Numbered from the stretch's first letter, positions 25,330 to 38,457 are shown. The stretch is DNA of 64,000 nt from Eledone cirrhosa (GCA_964016885.1 OZ024743.1:165726001-165790000), one strand, 5' to 3'. Made by a program: numbers and translations. The notes: a model not told the origin generated them from the letters alone.

Positions 25330-28300
25330 CAGTTGCATTTATCTTGCTTTATGTTCATACGAGTTATCACCAAGTCACAACCAGTGACCTCAAGAGACAA
25401 CAAGGTCCGCCATGTTCAAGAAAGAACATACATATTCACACATGCATCTTTAGTGTTTAGACTTGTGATGTACTTATATTGACAGAATCTTCCTTAGTAT
25501 ATGGGCAGTTCCCATTAGTACTATCTTTTGTATTTCTCCTATACGCGGGTTTCCTGGGATTTGCGATAAGTAATCATTAGACCCCTTAGGTATAATTCCC
25601 AGAGCGCCTACAACCACTGGTATTGTTTTAGTTCTCAATTTCCACATTTTTCCAATTTCTATCTCCAGGTCCTTATACTTGCTCAATTTTTCAAATGTTT
25701 TTATAGATACATTCTTGTCTATTGGAACAGACATATCAATTAGCAGGCATACCCTCTTTTGAAATCTTTCAATATTATATCAGGTCTGTTTGCATCTATT
25801 TTTCGGTCTGTTTGGATGCTAAAGTTCCACAAGATCGAGATGTGATCTTTTTCAAGTATGGGAGGTGGTTGATGCTCCCACCAATTCTTTTGATGGGGCA
25901 GGTCAAAATGCTTACACATTATCCAATATATGTATTGTGCAGCTCTGTCATGCCTGTTTAGGTATTCGGTTGGAGCTATAGGACTGCACATTGAAATTAT
26001 ATGGTCAATGGTCTCTGGTTGTTTTTTGCATACACGGCATAATGGGCTGCATCCATTTTTTATTATGTTGGCTTGGTAATTTTTTGTTGGCAGACACTGA
26101 TCTTGTGCTGATATAATCAGTCCTTCAGTCTCCGATTTCAGTCCAGAGGATGCCAACCACTGATTGGTTAAAGTTTTGTCAACATCAGGATTGTTAGCTC
26201 ACTCTGGGTATTTTCCATACAGAGGCTTTTCTTGCCATTTCTTAGCCAGTTTCTGTAGCAGTTCTTTCTTTGCAGTTACTTTTACCTGCTTTGCTTTTTC
26301 TGTGTTTTCCATTTCAGCAGTAAATGAGACTTCTGAAATGTGTAGTCCATTACTGTATCTTTGTGCATCTTTTGTAATGGAATATGATCTTTTGATGCTT
26401 TCGTGTTTCAAAACGAGTTTGATCATCCAATCATGTGATTCCCTTAGATATGTAGATAATCCAATTGTTGCAGTTTTCAACGCAATGTCTAACTGGATTA
26501 ACCCACGTCCTCCTTCTTTCCTAGGGAGATATATTCTATCTGTATCTGCCTTAGGGTGATGCATTCTGTGCATTGTTAAGAATTTTCGAATTTTTGTATC
26601 AAGCCTACGGATCTCTGTGCTTGACCAGTTGATGAAATTGTAACTGTAGGTTACTACTGGTATGGCAAGCGTGTTTATGGCATCGATCCTATTCCTTGCA
26701 TTCAATTCCGTTCTTAAGATTGCTCTTACTCTGCGGTAACATTCCTTCCTTATCCTTTCCCTCATTGTCGAGTGCTTGATTCCGTCTCCTTCACAAACAC
26801 CTAGATATTTGTAAGTTTTTTCTTGATCAAGTTCTCTTATCACGTTCCCCCGATCAAGATTAATGTCTGAACTCTTCAGCAGCTTTCCTCTGGTGAACGT
26901 TGCTTTGGCGCATTTATCTAGTCCAAACTCCATTTTAATGTCATCACTGAACTGCTCCACAGTGAATAATTGCCCTTGCAATTGTTCATCATTTTTTGCA
27001 AATAGTTTCAGGTCATCCATGTAGAACACGTGATTAATGGTTTTGTCATAGACTTTATATCCATGTTTTGTTTCATTGAGCATTTTACTTAATGGTATAA
27101 GTGCGATGCAGAATAAAAGCGGTGATAAAGAGTCACCCTGAAAAATTCCACAATTGATATTAACCTCTCCAGCTTCCAGTGATTTTGTTTCACTATTCAA
27201 AAGGAGTGTCGTTTTCCATATCTTCATACTGAATGACAAAAACCTCCTGACAACGGGGGATATTTTGAAAATCTCTAAACATTTTTCAATCCAACTGTGT
27301 GGCAAGCTATCGAATGCTTTTTTATAATCTATCCAAGCAATCGATAGATTTTTGTGTCTATTATGACAATCTTCCAGTATCATTTTGTTAACCAGAAGCT
27401 GATCCTTACAGCCATATGAGCCTCGTTTACACCCTTTCTGCTCAATGGGAAATAGGTCATTTGTTATCAGGTGGTCATATGTGTATTCAGTTAGGACTGA
27501 TGTTAAAATTTTATACATTGTGGTCAAGCAAGTTATCGGTCTGTAATTTTTGGGATTGTTTGTCTCATCATTCTTCGGAAGCAGGAATGTAATGCCGTTA
27601 ACTAGCCATGATGGTATCTTTTCTGGCTCCTTAACTATTTCATTGTAAAGTTGGGCTAACAGCTCATGAGACTCTGTGAAGGCATTTATCCAAAAGTTTT
27701 GTATTTTGTCTTTTCCTGGGGATTTCCATTTGCTGGTTTTTCTTAGAGCCAAGCGCAACTGTTCAACTGTTATATTTTCCCATATTTGTTCCTCAGGGTG
27801 AGCTGTATCTTTCATTTGTCTGTCTATCCATGGGGCATATATGTTATGAACTTTTTCTTCGGCCCAGATCTTTTCCCAGAATTCTTGCACTTCCTCCTTG
27901 GGTGGTATTGATTTAGCAGTTATTGTTGACTTACCAATTTTTCTGTAGAAGTTTCTTTTGTTGTTTTTGAACATATTATTGTCCTTATAGAATCTAGATC
28001 GTTTTTCAAAGCGCCTTATACGAGCAGCTTAGGCCGACACTTTTTGCTTGATTATTTCTATCAGCATGTCTATGTCACATGTTGATTTTATACTGTACTT
28101 TTTTTTCAATTTTCTAAGTTTAGTTTGTTTAACATGTTCACCTACTTTATAGTTTGTTAAAATTTCTATGTCAGATCGGAGAAGGTTTATTTGGCGATTG
28201 ATGTTATATTTTCCCATATTTGTTCCTCAGGGTGAGCTGTATCTTTCATTTGTCTGTCTATCCATGGGGCATGTATGTTATGAACTTTTTCTTGTGGGAA

Positions 28301-29506
28301 TTCCTTTGTTTTTTCATCTTCACTCCACATAAGTGAATGGTGACTTTAGCCGATGCATAATAGAGATGATTTAAATCAGTAATGTTTAGTTTGTTTGTGA
28401 TGATAATGCTTTTGAGAATTATGTTAGTCTTGTGTATTATCTTTTGGTTCTGTTTGGAGTTCTGGATCTTAGGGAGGGTGTCTCGTTGCCCCATGTCAGA
28501 TTCTTTCATTTTCATCCATTCGATCATAATTTCATCCTTCAAGTTGGCAAGTTCATTCTCATTCATTTCTTTATCATTTACGATCTCATTATTTTCATTT
28601 GGAGTTTCATCTTGAGCATGCACTCCCTCCACTTTTTCGATCCTTTTTTTAATTTGTTCTGTTGCCAGTGATTCCTCCCCAACCCTGGGATTCGAAGTGT
28701 TACAATTTACCTCGTTTTCACTGACACATGTTTCATTTTCCCTTCGCTGACTTTGTGCTAATAGCTTGATCTGATCAATTTCTATATCAGTTAGTAACTT
28801 TTTTTTTACAATATTTCTTCGTATATTGGCTAGTTTTTTACTGTCAATATAGCCTCTGTTTTCAGGATGTTTCTTTTTCCAGTTGATATATGTCTGTTCT
28901 GTATTCGATGTATTTGATGGGTACTACATGGCAGTGTAGAAAGCCTCAAGGACTTCTTTATTATCATCCCTTGACCATTTTTCTCTCTTTTTCTTTGGAT
29001 TTCTTGGTGGTGAGCATGGAGGGCCAACAGTAGGAGTATTCCGGTTATGGGAGGTCTCCAGCTCCGAAGTGATGGGAAGGTTTGAACCATTAGCTGATTT
29101 TTCGACCCCAGTCTGGTTCCTCTCTGAGGGACACGGCCCTTTTTTACCCGGGTGACGGCCGATCCGGTATGAGATTTTATCATTAGACATTTACTTTATT
29201 TTGTCGCGTTTTATCCTTATTCGCCAAGGGGAAATCCTTTCGTGTTACCACTTCTAGAACGAGTGTCAACCAAGACTAGAGGGGTCGTTCTCCCCTAGAG
29301 ACACGGCTATTCCCCGCCGGCCGCCATCCCGGTATTTCTTGGTCACGGGGTTTTCTTTTTGTTGTTTTTTTAAATTGTTATTATCATGAGTGGTTCCTTA
29401 ATGTGAGCATTGCGTGGCTTAAGAATGAAATTATTAATAATTGTCTCCACTCCAGGCACAAGGCCAGCAATCACCCAGTGCATTACAATAATATAATATA
29501 CTTTTT
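25330..29506 (-). mobile_element. Dong-A copy A4, truncated in the 5' UTR, with stops and frameshifts
   Basis: ORFs 25474..29190 are colinear with A2; (TTA)n on both sides. Confidence 0.95.
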
Positions 29507-29759
29507 ATTATTATTATTATGATTATTATTATTATTATTATTGAATGCTATGGTTGACGGAGGCTCGGCTCTGTAAGGTATTGTAAATTTTGAACGCTAT
29601 AACAATTGTAAATTGTTTAAAACTTTAACGAACTTGTAGACAAAAACACCCTCCTCCTCGTGAGAGGGGTCTTTCTGCCCGTTATTTGGCCCTTCGGGGT
29701 TAAATAAATGCTTATTGGGGTTTTGTGCCCAATATTTATTTTAAACAAAAAAAAACAAC

Positions 29760-31530
29760 ATGGCTACGAAAAAGAATTTTCATAGGTCACTCCCACTCAT
29801 TCCGTCTTCTTCTTCCTCAATCATCACTACAGCAGAGAGAAGATTGTCTCTCTCCCTCCCTTCTTTAAATGTGTCTCTCTCCCTCCCTTCTCTTTCGCAA
29901 GCGACGACAAAAAAGAAAAGTCTCGTGCAAAGCGTGCAAGATTTCTCCACGACGACGACGACAACGACGAAACAGGTGTGCGGGAAATACGAAAACCCAT
30001 TTCATTCGTCTGACGTCAGGAATAATAGCAGTAGCAGCCGTAATAACAACAGCAACAGTGACAATGAAAACAACAGTAGCAGCCGCAACAGCATCACCAG
30101 CAGCATAAACAACAACAGCATTAGCAGCAGCAACACCAACAACAACCACAGCAACAGCGGCGGAGGCAGTAGTCGTAGTACCTGCAGCAACAACAAAAGT
30201 AACAGCAGCTCTGACGACAACAACAACAACAGCAGCAAAGAAAAACCAATCTCATTTGCAGGTATTGCGAAAAACCTGGAAACAATCCTCATAATAAAAT
30301 GAGGAATTAGAGGAAGCGAAGAAGATGGTGACAAAGACTGGACACCGAGCAATCTGCAAGGCAGCGGAAAATTTTTTCGAAACCCAACAGCACTGTACGG
30401 TCACATACCGTACAGTAAGTACAAAATCCCGTAGGGTTGAAAGAGCCACAGAGGCTCAAATACAAAAAGCCTTGGGGTCTGTGTGGCAGCGGAAAACGCA
30501 CATCACCCGAGGCAAAAAATATGCCATCGTAGACGTACTTTTTGCCACACCCCAGGAGGCAAAGGCTCAATCCGTAGTGACCCTAAGGAGCGAGGAAATG
30601 GTGTTGGTGCCCTCCTACTGCGGGCAAAAAATTGTGAGGGTCAAACTGACCCACGTCCCCCCGGGATGGCCCCTTCTTGGCTGGCCGCGTCTGTCCTCGT
30701 CGGAATCGAGGACAAAACAACTGTACTGCAAGTACAGAAAAAAGTAAGAGAAGATTGGGTCGGCACCTCCATTGAGATGCTAATCCAAACCAACCAGGAG
30801 TGCATCGAAGCTATCCCGGATGTGATAGACTTCGATAACGGCACTCAACTGCCCATAAGTGTTGAGGGCAAACGCCCGAAATGCTTTCGCTGTGGATCAA
30901 ATACTCACCTCAGGGCCTTCTGCAACGAGAAGACCCTGAGAAAGGAGAAAACCCCCCCTCCTTCCGAAACCGGCTCCACGGCTACCAGCAACAGGACAAG
31001 CGGCAACCAGGAACGATAGGTCTGTGGCACCCATACCCACGCCACGGAAATCAAAAACAGCAGCAGCAGTGGAAATATTAACAACAACAGCAATACCAAA
31101 TGCAGCTGCAACAGAGACTCCAGTGCAAACATCACCAACAACAACAAGTGAAAGAGTGGAGCTGGTACCCCTCCCCGACCTCACAGAATCAGACATGGAG
31201 TGTGAGGTGGGAGAGGGATGGCAAAAGGTCGTAAGAAGGCATAAACGCAGAAGCAGCGCATCATCGCCTTTGAAAAGGGAGGAAAGAAATGAGAAAAGGG
31301 TAAAGTCTACTGCAAAGAGACTCGCAGCAGCAACACCACCAACACCATCACCACCCACACTAGCACCACCATCACCACCGGCGACAACCCCACCGCCAAC
31401 AACACCTTCAACACCACCACCACAAGCACCAACATCGCAAACACAACAACAAAACACACACACCCAGCAACAACGACAAGAAAATAGCAGAACCACATTC
31501 ACCCCCAGAAAAACAAATGCACGGCAATAA
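29760..31530 (+). pseudogene. Tx1-type ORF1, frameshifted
   Basis: Consecutive ORFs 29760..30302, 30325..30747, 30483..31019 (CFRCGSNTHLRAFC) and 31024..31530, with low-complexity ends. Confidence 0.75.
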
Positions 31531-31575
31531 ATACACACAACAAGAAACTAATGCACAAGGGGTAAATCGCCTGAT

Positions 31576-33618
31576 TTGGATGGTCTGCCCTATGAACTTT
31601 ACGTACAGATGCCAAACTTGTTCGGAGGCCTCTTGGCGGACGTCTACTGCAACTGGCAACAGAACGGGAGAATTCCCAGTTCTGTGAGCCGAGGAGCGGT
31701 GGCATTGCTGAGAAAGGATCCGAACAAGGGGGATAACATAGACAATTTCCGGCCCATAACTCTGCTAAACACAGAGTTCAAGATTTTGGCCAAGGTGCTA
31801 GCAAAGAGGTTGGCGCTTGTCGTTGGTGGTCTGGTGGGAGAGGCGCAGACATGCGCCATTCCCGACAGATCCATCCACGACAACCTCCACCTCATGCGAT
31901 ACATCGTAGAGAGGGTAGCTAAGGAACCTGGCACGGGTGGGTCCTTGATCAATTTAGATCAGTCGAAAGCTTTCGATAGGGTCGACCATCTTTACCTAGC
32001 GGCAGTCCTGAGGGCGGCTGGCTTTGGGCCCGTCTTCAGAGGCTGGATCGCTGCCATGCACAGCGACATCTGCTCTGTGGTGAGAGTGAACGGTCACCTT
32101 TCGGAACCGTTCAACATCATACGCTCGGTCCGCCAAGGATGTCCCCTCTCGTCCCTCTTGTACGTATTGACTCTCGAGCCATTATTGCACAAACTGGAGA
32201 CGTTGAGGGGCGTCCCGCGCGAACTAGGATGCGGAATATCCGTGTCAGCATATGCGGACGATGTCACCGTAGTGGTGTCGAACGCCAAACACAACGAGGC
32301 GATCGGCACTACACTAAGAGAATACGAAGCGGTGACAGGAGCAATGATCAACCAGGAAAAGTCAGTGGGCCTGCAGCTCGGCACCTGGAGAGGCAGGTCC
32401 ATGCCGTCCAACAGCGTCGTCGGACGCTGGACGGACGGACCGGTTAAATTGATAGGGGTCTGGTTCGGTCCGGACCTCCAGACGGACAAAAACTGGGACG
32501 AGGTGACGAGCAGGGTGGCTTCTCTCACCCAGAAATGGGCCGAGAGGAAGCTATCCCTGAAAGGTCGAGCGGAGGTGGCTAACGCGTACATCGCATCTGT
32601 CATCTGCTACCGCCTTACCGTTGTACCTTGTCCTAAGCCCCGCCTGACTGCGCTGGAACGTTTGCTCTTTCGCTTTTTGTGGAAGGGACGCGCTCCGATG
32701 GTCAGGCGGTCCATCTGCTGTCAACACCCGCTACGTGGAGGGCTGGGAATGCCGTGGCTGATGATGCGCAGACATGCGCTCAGGCTACGACATCTTTACC
32801 TCTTCCTCGACGGTTATCAGGTGTGGTCGCCGTTTGCTAGACACGTATTTCCCCAGCTCGTTTCCTTGACGGAGCTGCAGTCCTGGGTCAAGCGAAGACC
32901 GAGAGGGAGCGCCTGGAGACTGGAATGTCTTCAGGCGCTCACAGCCCTCGACCAATCGGGCAATGTGATCGGTGGAAACTCCACCTCGGCGTTCTATAGA
33001 GGATTAGTTGAGGGGAAGAGCGACGACGTACTTGGGGAAACTCTAGGCGTCGACGAAAATCAACTAGCCAATCTCTTCGGAAGAACTTTCGGGCCGGGAC
33101 CTATGGACAACTTCCAGAAATCTCTGGCCTGGCAGTGCTACCGAGGAGCCTTGCCAGTTCGGGATAAACTCTACAGGTATGGAGGTGCCGTCAGCCGGGC
33201 ATGTCCGAGATGCGCGAAGGGCGACGAAACCGTCCTGCACGCACTCGTCCAGTGTCCGAAAATTGCTGACTTGTGGGTTTATGTCGAACACCTGCTGTCG
33301 CGTTTAGGACGGATCCGGCTATCATCTGAGTCCATCGTGAGGATCGCCCCGCCCTCCTCCTTTAGCCGGGAAGGGCAGGCAGTTTTTATCTGTCTGGTGG
33401 CCATGGCGAAAGAGATAGTATAGTGGACACGTTTGAAAGTGCTGAAGACGAGCATTTACCTCTTCGGTGATGCTCTGATTGACTTTTTCAAATTTCATTT
33501 GAAAAGGAAAATCAGAGTAGAGAGGGAAGTGCTCTCTTCCCAGCATTTTGTTGAAAGATGGGTGAGAGAAGCCAGAATGGCCCGAGTGAATGGGCCTACT
33601 CTGAGTATATATCTCTAA
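31576..33618 (+). pseudogene. Tx1-type ORF2 RT and C-terminal Zn finger, N-terminally deleted, premature stop at 33423
   Basis: FRPITLLN, LDQSKAFDRV, RQGCPLS, YADD, CPRC..H..C. Confidence 0.92.
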
Positions 33619-33866
33619 ATTAAAGGTGGAAAACTGGGAGAAGGCACTTGCCTTGGTGGTCAGGGTCATTGTGGCCTTTTACTGGGCTTTCTCCACAAAT
33701 GTCCCTCCGAAGTCTCCCCCCTATTGGGGAATTTTTCATTGTTATTTTTTGTTACATCCTCTGTTTTTGTTTTTTACACGCAGAAATGCCCATTTGTACC
33801 GTCCTGTATTGTCCTGCACTGTCCTTAATGTCTACTTTATGTAAACCCTTGTGGTTAATAAAGAAA

Positions 33867-33905
<39 letters not shown>

Positions 33906-33906
<1 letters not shown>

Positions 33907-34325
33907 AGGCGATGAATGGGCAGTGTCTGTATAGCGTTGGGCTGCGGCTTCCTTTGCCTTTCATCATACGGAATCGATAAAATGAACGCACTGGTGTCAA
34001 TTTGATCGAATTTTCCCTTCTCCCGGATTGCTGGCTTTGTGTCTAAATCAGAAACCACTGTATCGGTTGAGCGTCGGACAACATGGTTTGCGGCATAGAG
34101 TTACGATCCTTTACGTTCTGATTTTAAATCCCACCGAGGTTAGTTTTACCTTTCATCAATACGGGGTCGATAAAATAAAGTACCAGTAACACACTGGAGT
34201 CGATTTAATCGCCTTTCCCCTCCTCCAAAACCAATATAAATCGCCGTTAACCAGCAATTACTCCAGTGCAGTACCAGTAATGCACTGGAGTAATTGCTGT
34301 CCTTGTGCCAAAAGTAGAAACAATT
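33906..34325 (+). mobile_element. Cluster of SINE copies and fragments directly after the Tx1 (ATT)n tail
   Basis: cctttcatc..tcgataaaat core occurs twice; ccttgtgccaaaagtagaaacaattatt 3' end; small fold-back at 34251-34300. Confidence 0.75.
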
Positions 34326-36024
34326 ATTACTATTATTATCCTCATCACCACCATCATCATCATTGTTATTATTATATTAGTGTAGATTATTCAAATCCGG
34401 TTAATGGCGATTTACAATAACTAATTCTTGTACACCTTCACAGAGTAATTCCCCCTGCATTCTCTTCGAATATGGGGGTTAACTCTGACAGGAATACGGG
34501 AGTTAACTCTTGCAATCAGAACGTATTGATCCGACAAAAAAATATCGTTTAAATAAGTGCTGGATCCATTTGTACACTCTAATGTTGTATTTGGTATCTT
34601 TTGGCAAAGTTAGGTGCCTAGAATGCTGGTTAGAATGTTTTGTGGTATTCATTTCGGTTCTCTGTGCTCTGAGTTCAAATTCCAGCAAGGTCAATTTTGC
34701 TTATCATTCTTTCTAGGTCAATAGATAAAGGACCAATCTAATATTCGTGTCGATTCTTCTTCCGTCTGTTTTCTTCTTCTGCCCCCCCCCCCTCTCTCTC
34801 CGTGGAAGAAATCGATTGTGGTGAGACCTAGAGAGTCAGCTAAAAGTGTCCGTGACACATTGTATGTAAAAGACGGCGCCCCTGCGACTCTATGAGGTTT
34901 CCAGGGCCCATAAATAGATAGTTGTTTAGCAAATGTTGTATTAGTTATACTAAAACACTGCATGGTCTCATATTAAACCACTACTTCAGAATCAGAATCA
35001 ATTAATATTGCTATTTCTGCGGAAACTTCTACTGGATATTAGAATCTTAGAGTTTGTAGTGTCACAGAATAGATTTCCTGTAAACTCTAGTTAAGTATTT
35101 GTTCAAGTACTGCTACTTGAAATGCTTTGTATGATATTAGCCAATGTGATGAAGCTCCGACTGGCGTATGTTTTTAAGCTTTTTGATCTCTCTATCTTTG
35201 TTCATAGCACAGTAATACATTTTCATCAGTACCTAGAGCTGGTATCTGGATATTTCGTGCCCTCGACAAACTCTACAAAATAGTGTCCCTTTTCCCAGTT
35301 ATCGGCCCACGTTACCTAATAAGAAATTTAACTTACAGTCTGGTAATCTTTTTGACACTTCCTGTTCTCACCTCACTAAGAAAATGATAGCAAAAGTTTT
35401 AACCATTTATTTATTGATCACAGGAAATCGTTATATATTTAATTTAATTATACAAATTTGTATAAAACTGTGATCCTTTAAGATTCAATAATGCGTCTCT
35501 CTAACGTATGTGCCCTAAACGGCTGCCTATTTCGCCTTAAATGTAGTGTTGGCTCTGAAAACACTTAGCAATTTGTTTTATTTGTTGTATTTTGTTTGTT
35601 TATTTGTTTTTTGTTTTTTTTTTGTTTTCTTTGTTTTTTTTTCGTATGGAAAGCGATATTATCAGGGTCACCCATCGAGTTTACATATTTCTCTTTGACA
35701 AATTCCATCCTTATATAACTAGCTATTTTGTTCAAACAGCGCAAGGTTTTCACCACTGTTTATATCCTTCACAGATATACATCGATAAAAGATGCAAACA
35801 TTCACACATACACATAGCTACACACACGCCTACATGTGATATGGGTCTCCTTCAGTTTCCACAATAAATACTCCAAATGAACGGAATAGACAGCTCGGAA
35901 AATTAACGTAGAAATGGCCGATCATTCAACAGAAATGTATTCCCTTAGCGTAGATCTTAGAGAAATTCGACTTGATACAGCGTGTACCATGCTAGCCTTC
36001 TAAATTACAAAATACAACTCATTT

Positions 36025-36110
36025 TTGCCAGCTGGGTGGACTGGAGCAGCGTGAAATAAAGTGTTTTTCTCAAAGGTACAACGCACCACTTGGTATCAAA
36101 CACACAACCT
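36025..36110 (-). mobile_element. Degenerate CORE/V-type SINE fragment
   Basis: aagtgtttttctcaaaggtacaac resembles the reverse complement of the gttgtgtccttgagcaagacactt SINE core. Confidence 0.45.
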
Positions 36111-36128
36111 TTTATCTACGTATGCGTG

Positions 36129-38457
36129 TGTAGTGACCTACATTCTGATGGCTCTTGAATACATTCTCCGTACGTTGTTTGGCTCAGTTCAGCCAATCGC
36201 TACCAGCGTAGGGAGATGTATTTCAACTTCCGCCGAAAGGGAAAAAATTCCCGCTAATATTCAAAAATCTCTCTCTTGCAGCTCGACACCGTGAAGGTAA
36301 ACATCTCTTGATTTCGTTCCTCAAGCATAGACAATATGTAGCAATAAATATCACTATGGGTGACCCCGTCGCGAGAACTTTTTCGAACTAAATGTTCCTC
36401 TAAAAAAAATAAGAAGTAGTATTTTTTAAAAAGAACAACACGCAAGCTTTCTTGTATTGCATTGTATCAACATGTAAAACATTTCTTGCTGATAACAGCA
36501 CAACGCGTGGTTTAGATTCAACAAACCCACCTGAGAAAACATTATTTGAGAAAAGAATTAGCTTTTTTTTTTAATCACAGTATGAGGAAAATTATTTTTT
36601 CAGATGGCTACCATCAACTGTCAACAAGATCAGCAGCAGCAGCGACAACATTGGTTAACCACTAACCATAAACAACAGGGAACACCGATGTGGCAGCTTT
36701 ATAGCCTTACCGACGCAAACCACCACACTTCATATTGTTTACTTCTATGCTTCACCTATTCTATCGTCTCTGTCATTATAACCGCTTCAACTTCTCACTG
36801 TCTCGTTAAGAACGGTGACACGAGAATTAAAACAACAGCCTTCTCGCTACAAACGGTGATCCGAGTTCAAACAACAACAGCCTTCTCACCACATAATGGT
36901 GAATTCGACGCTTACAAATCTTCACTGCTGTACAAAACTTCACGATTCATCGATGTTTCTAACGTCCGACATGATTCGAACTCACAACCTTTCTCACCAC
37001 ACTATGGCGTCAGACGTGACTTGCATATTGGTGACTGAAGATTTACTGTGACTTCGCTTCGATAGCAGCAACAACAACAACTCTACTAGCTTCCTAGTAA
37101 GAGCGATAACATTCTTATCCCAAAGAAATTTCAAAGAAAAGAAAAATTGAACTTTTTGTTAAAAAACAATTATTTCTTTTTTTTTACAGGCAATGTTTGA
37201 AAATTTATTTCTTTTAAACTGTATAATATAAACATTCATTTTTTTTCTATCATTGTATATATGACTGCACGCACACATTTTCTTTGCTGTTTTACATGCC
37301 TGCAGATGCACACACATTTCTTTGTCACACACCAATATGTTGTTGTCTATAGTATATAATTTTCAAGCGTCGTAATATTCTGCGAGATCCCTTTTCACCT
37401 GGTGGAGGTACCAAAACAGGCTATCGACACATGCAGCTTAATTCACCTGGACTCAAACAGACACCGCAACACGAGAACTGTTAATTGCAGCTGGATTCAA
37501 ACAGCTTCGCATCTCGTGGCACACTCATCGTCCTATAGCATAACCTCAATCTTGTTACTTTACCCAACTCACTGGGAAAACAACAAATGGAACTGGACCT
37601 GCCAGCATTTCCACCATTTCTCCGACGAATCACCAGAATTACAGCTTCAACTACTATCTACCTAGAGATTCAACTTGCTTTTTTCTTTTCAGAGCAACTT
37701 TAGCCATTTTTTCCTGACTGCCTAGCACTTCCGGCAATTCATATGGGAGGCCGACAATTTCTCTCCTACCCATCATCTTCTTAACAGCTCTGGTATAACA
37801 CTTACCATAACAGCTATACAGCTCTGGTATTACATTTACCATAACAGCTCTGGTATAACACTTACCATAACAGCTATACAGCTCTGGTAGAGCATGAACA
37901 GCACCATCATTGACAACAGCTACTGGTAAACTACCATAACAGCTTCATCCACAGCTCTGGTACAACACTTACCATAACAGCTAACATTTAATGCAAGAAC
38001 AGCAACTTTGCCCATGTCATACTTTATCCGTTTTCTGTTAGACCTCGGGTGGTCACGCATAAATAGCAAAACAACTAGTCATTTGACACAGCGGCTCAAC
38101 ACGGCCCTTAGCGCCTCATTTTTCTTCTTGCATGCATTCTTTTGTTCAATTTTTTTCCTTGATGTGCTCTCTTTCAGCATTTTTCCTGCTAATTCAATCT
38201 TATTTATCGCCTTCTAGGCTAAATGTATTGTAGTGACCTACATTCTGATAGCTCTTGAATACATTCTCCGTACGTTGTTTGGCTCAGTTCCGCCAATCGT
38301 TACCAGCGTAGAGAGATGTATTTCAACTTCCGCTAAAAGGGAAAAATTCCCGCTGATATTCAAAAATCTCTCTCTTGCAGCTCGACACCGTGAAGGTAAA
38401 CATCTCTTGATTTCGTTCCTCAAGCATAGACAATATGTAGCAATAAATATCACTACG
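36129..38457 (+). mobile_element. Pair of ~229-bp LTRs (36129-36358, 38229-38457) around a largely non-coding interior
   Basis: Direct repeats with TGTAGTGA...TCACTA(C/T) terminal inverted repeats and AATAAA. A PBS-like GGTGACCCCG follows the first copy. No TSD or PPT seen. Confidence 0.75.
37785..37985. repeat. Irregular minisatellite of acagctctggtataacacttaccata units
   Basis: Directly visible repeated units. Confidence 0.85.

Larger units (their letters stand above)
29543..33868 (+). mobile_element. Tx1/L1-type LINE copy 1 (5' UTR, ORF1, RT; endonuclease deleted)
   Basis: ORF1 has a CCHC knuckle and the RT ORF is 31576..33423. The 3' end reads AATAAAGAAATC(ATT)n, and (TTA)n also lies at the 5' side. 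Confidence 0.92.

Noticed and set aside
23901-25403. Apparent fusion ORF MLSLEVTG..NNNNN..REL domain (also 51587..52045 and 18361..18618)
   Set aside because: It starts at TTG in the upstream element's 3' UTR and reads through the (AAT)n tail. In-frame joins occur one time in three by chance.
29641-29730. HDV-like ribozyme in the Tx1 5' UTR (tcctcgt loop, cUUCGg hairpin)
   Set aside because: Hairpins are present, but no upstream P1 partner or P1.1 GG could be found. It is a structured UTR at most.
13937-33903. Telomeric retrotransposon array (HeT-A/TART-like role)
   Set aside because: No TTAGGG/TTAGG repeats are present and ordinary repeat-rich DNA lies on both sides, so only the analogy is kept.
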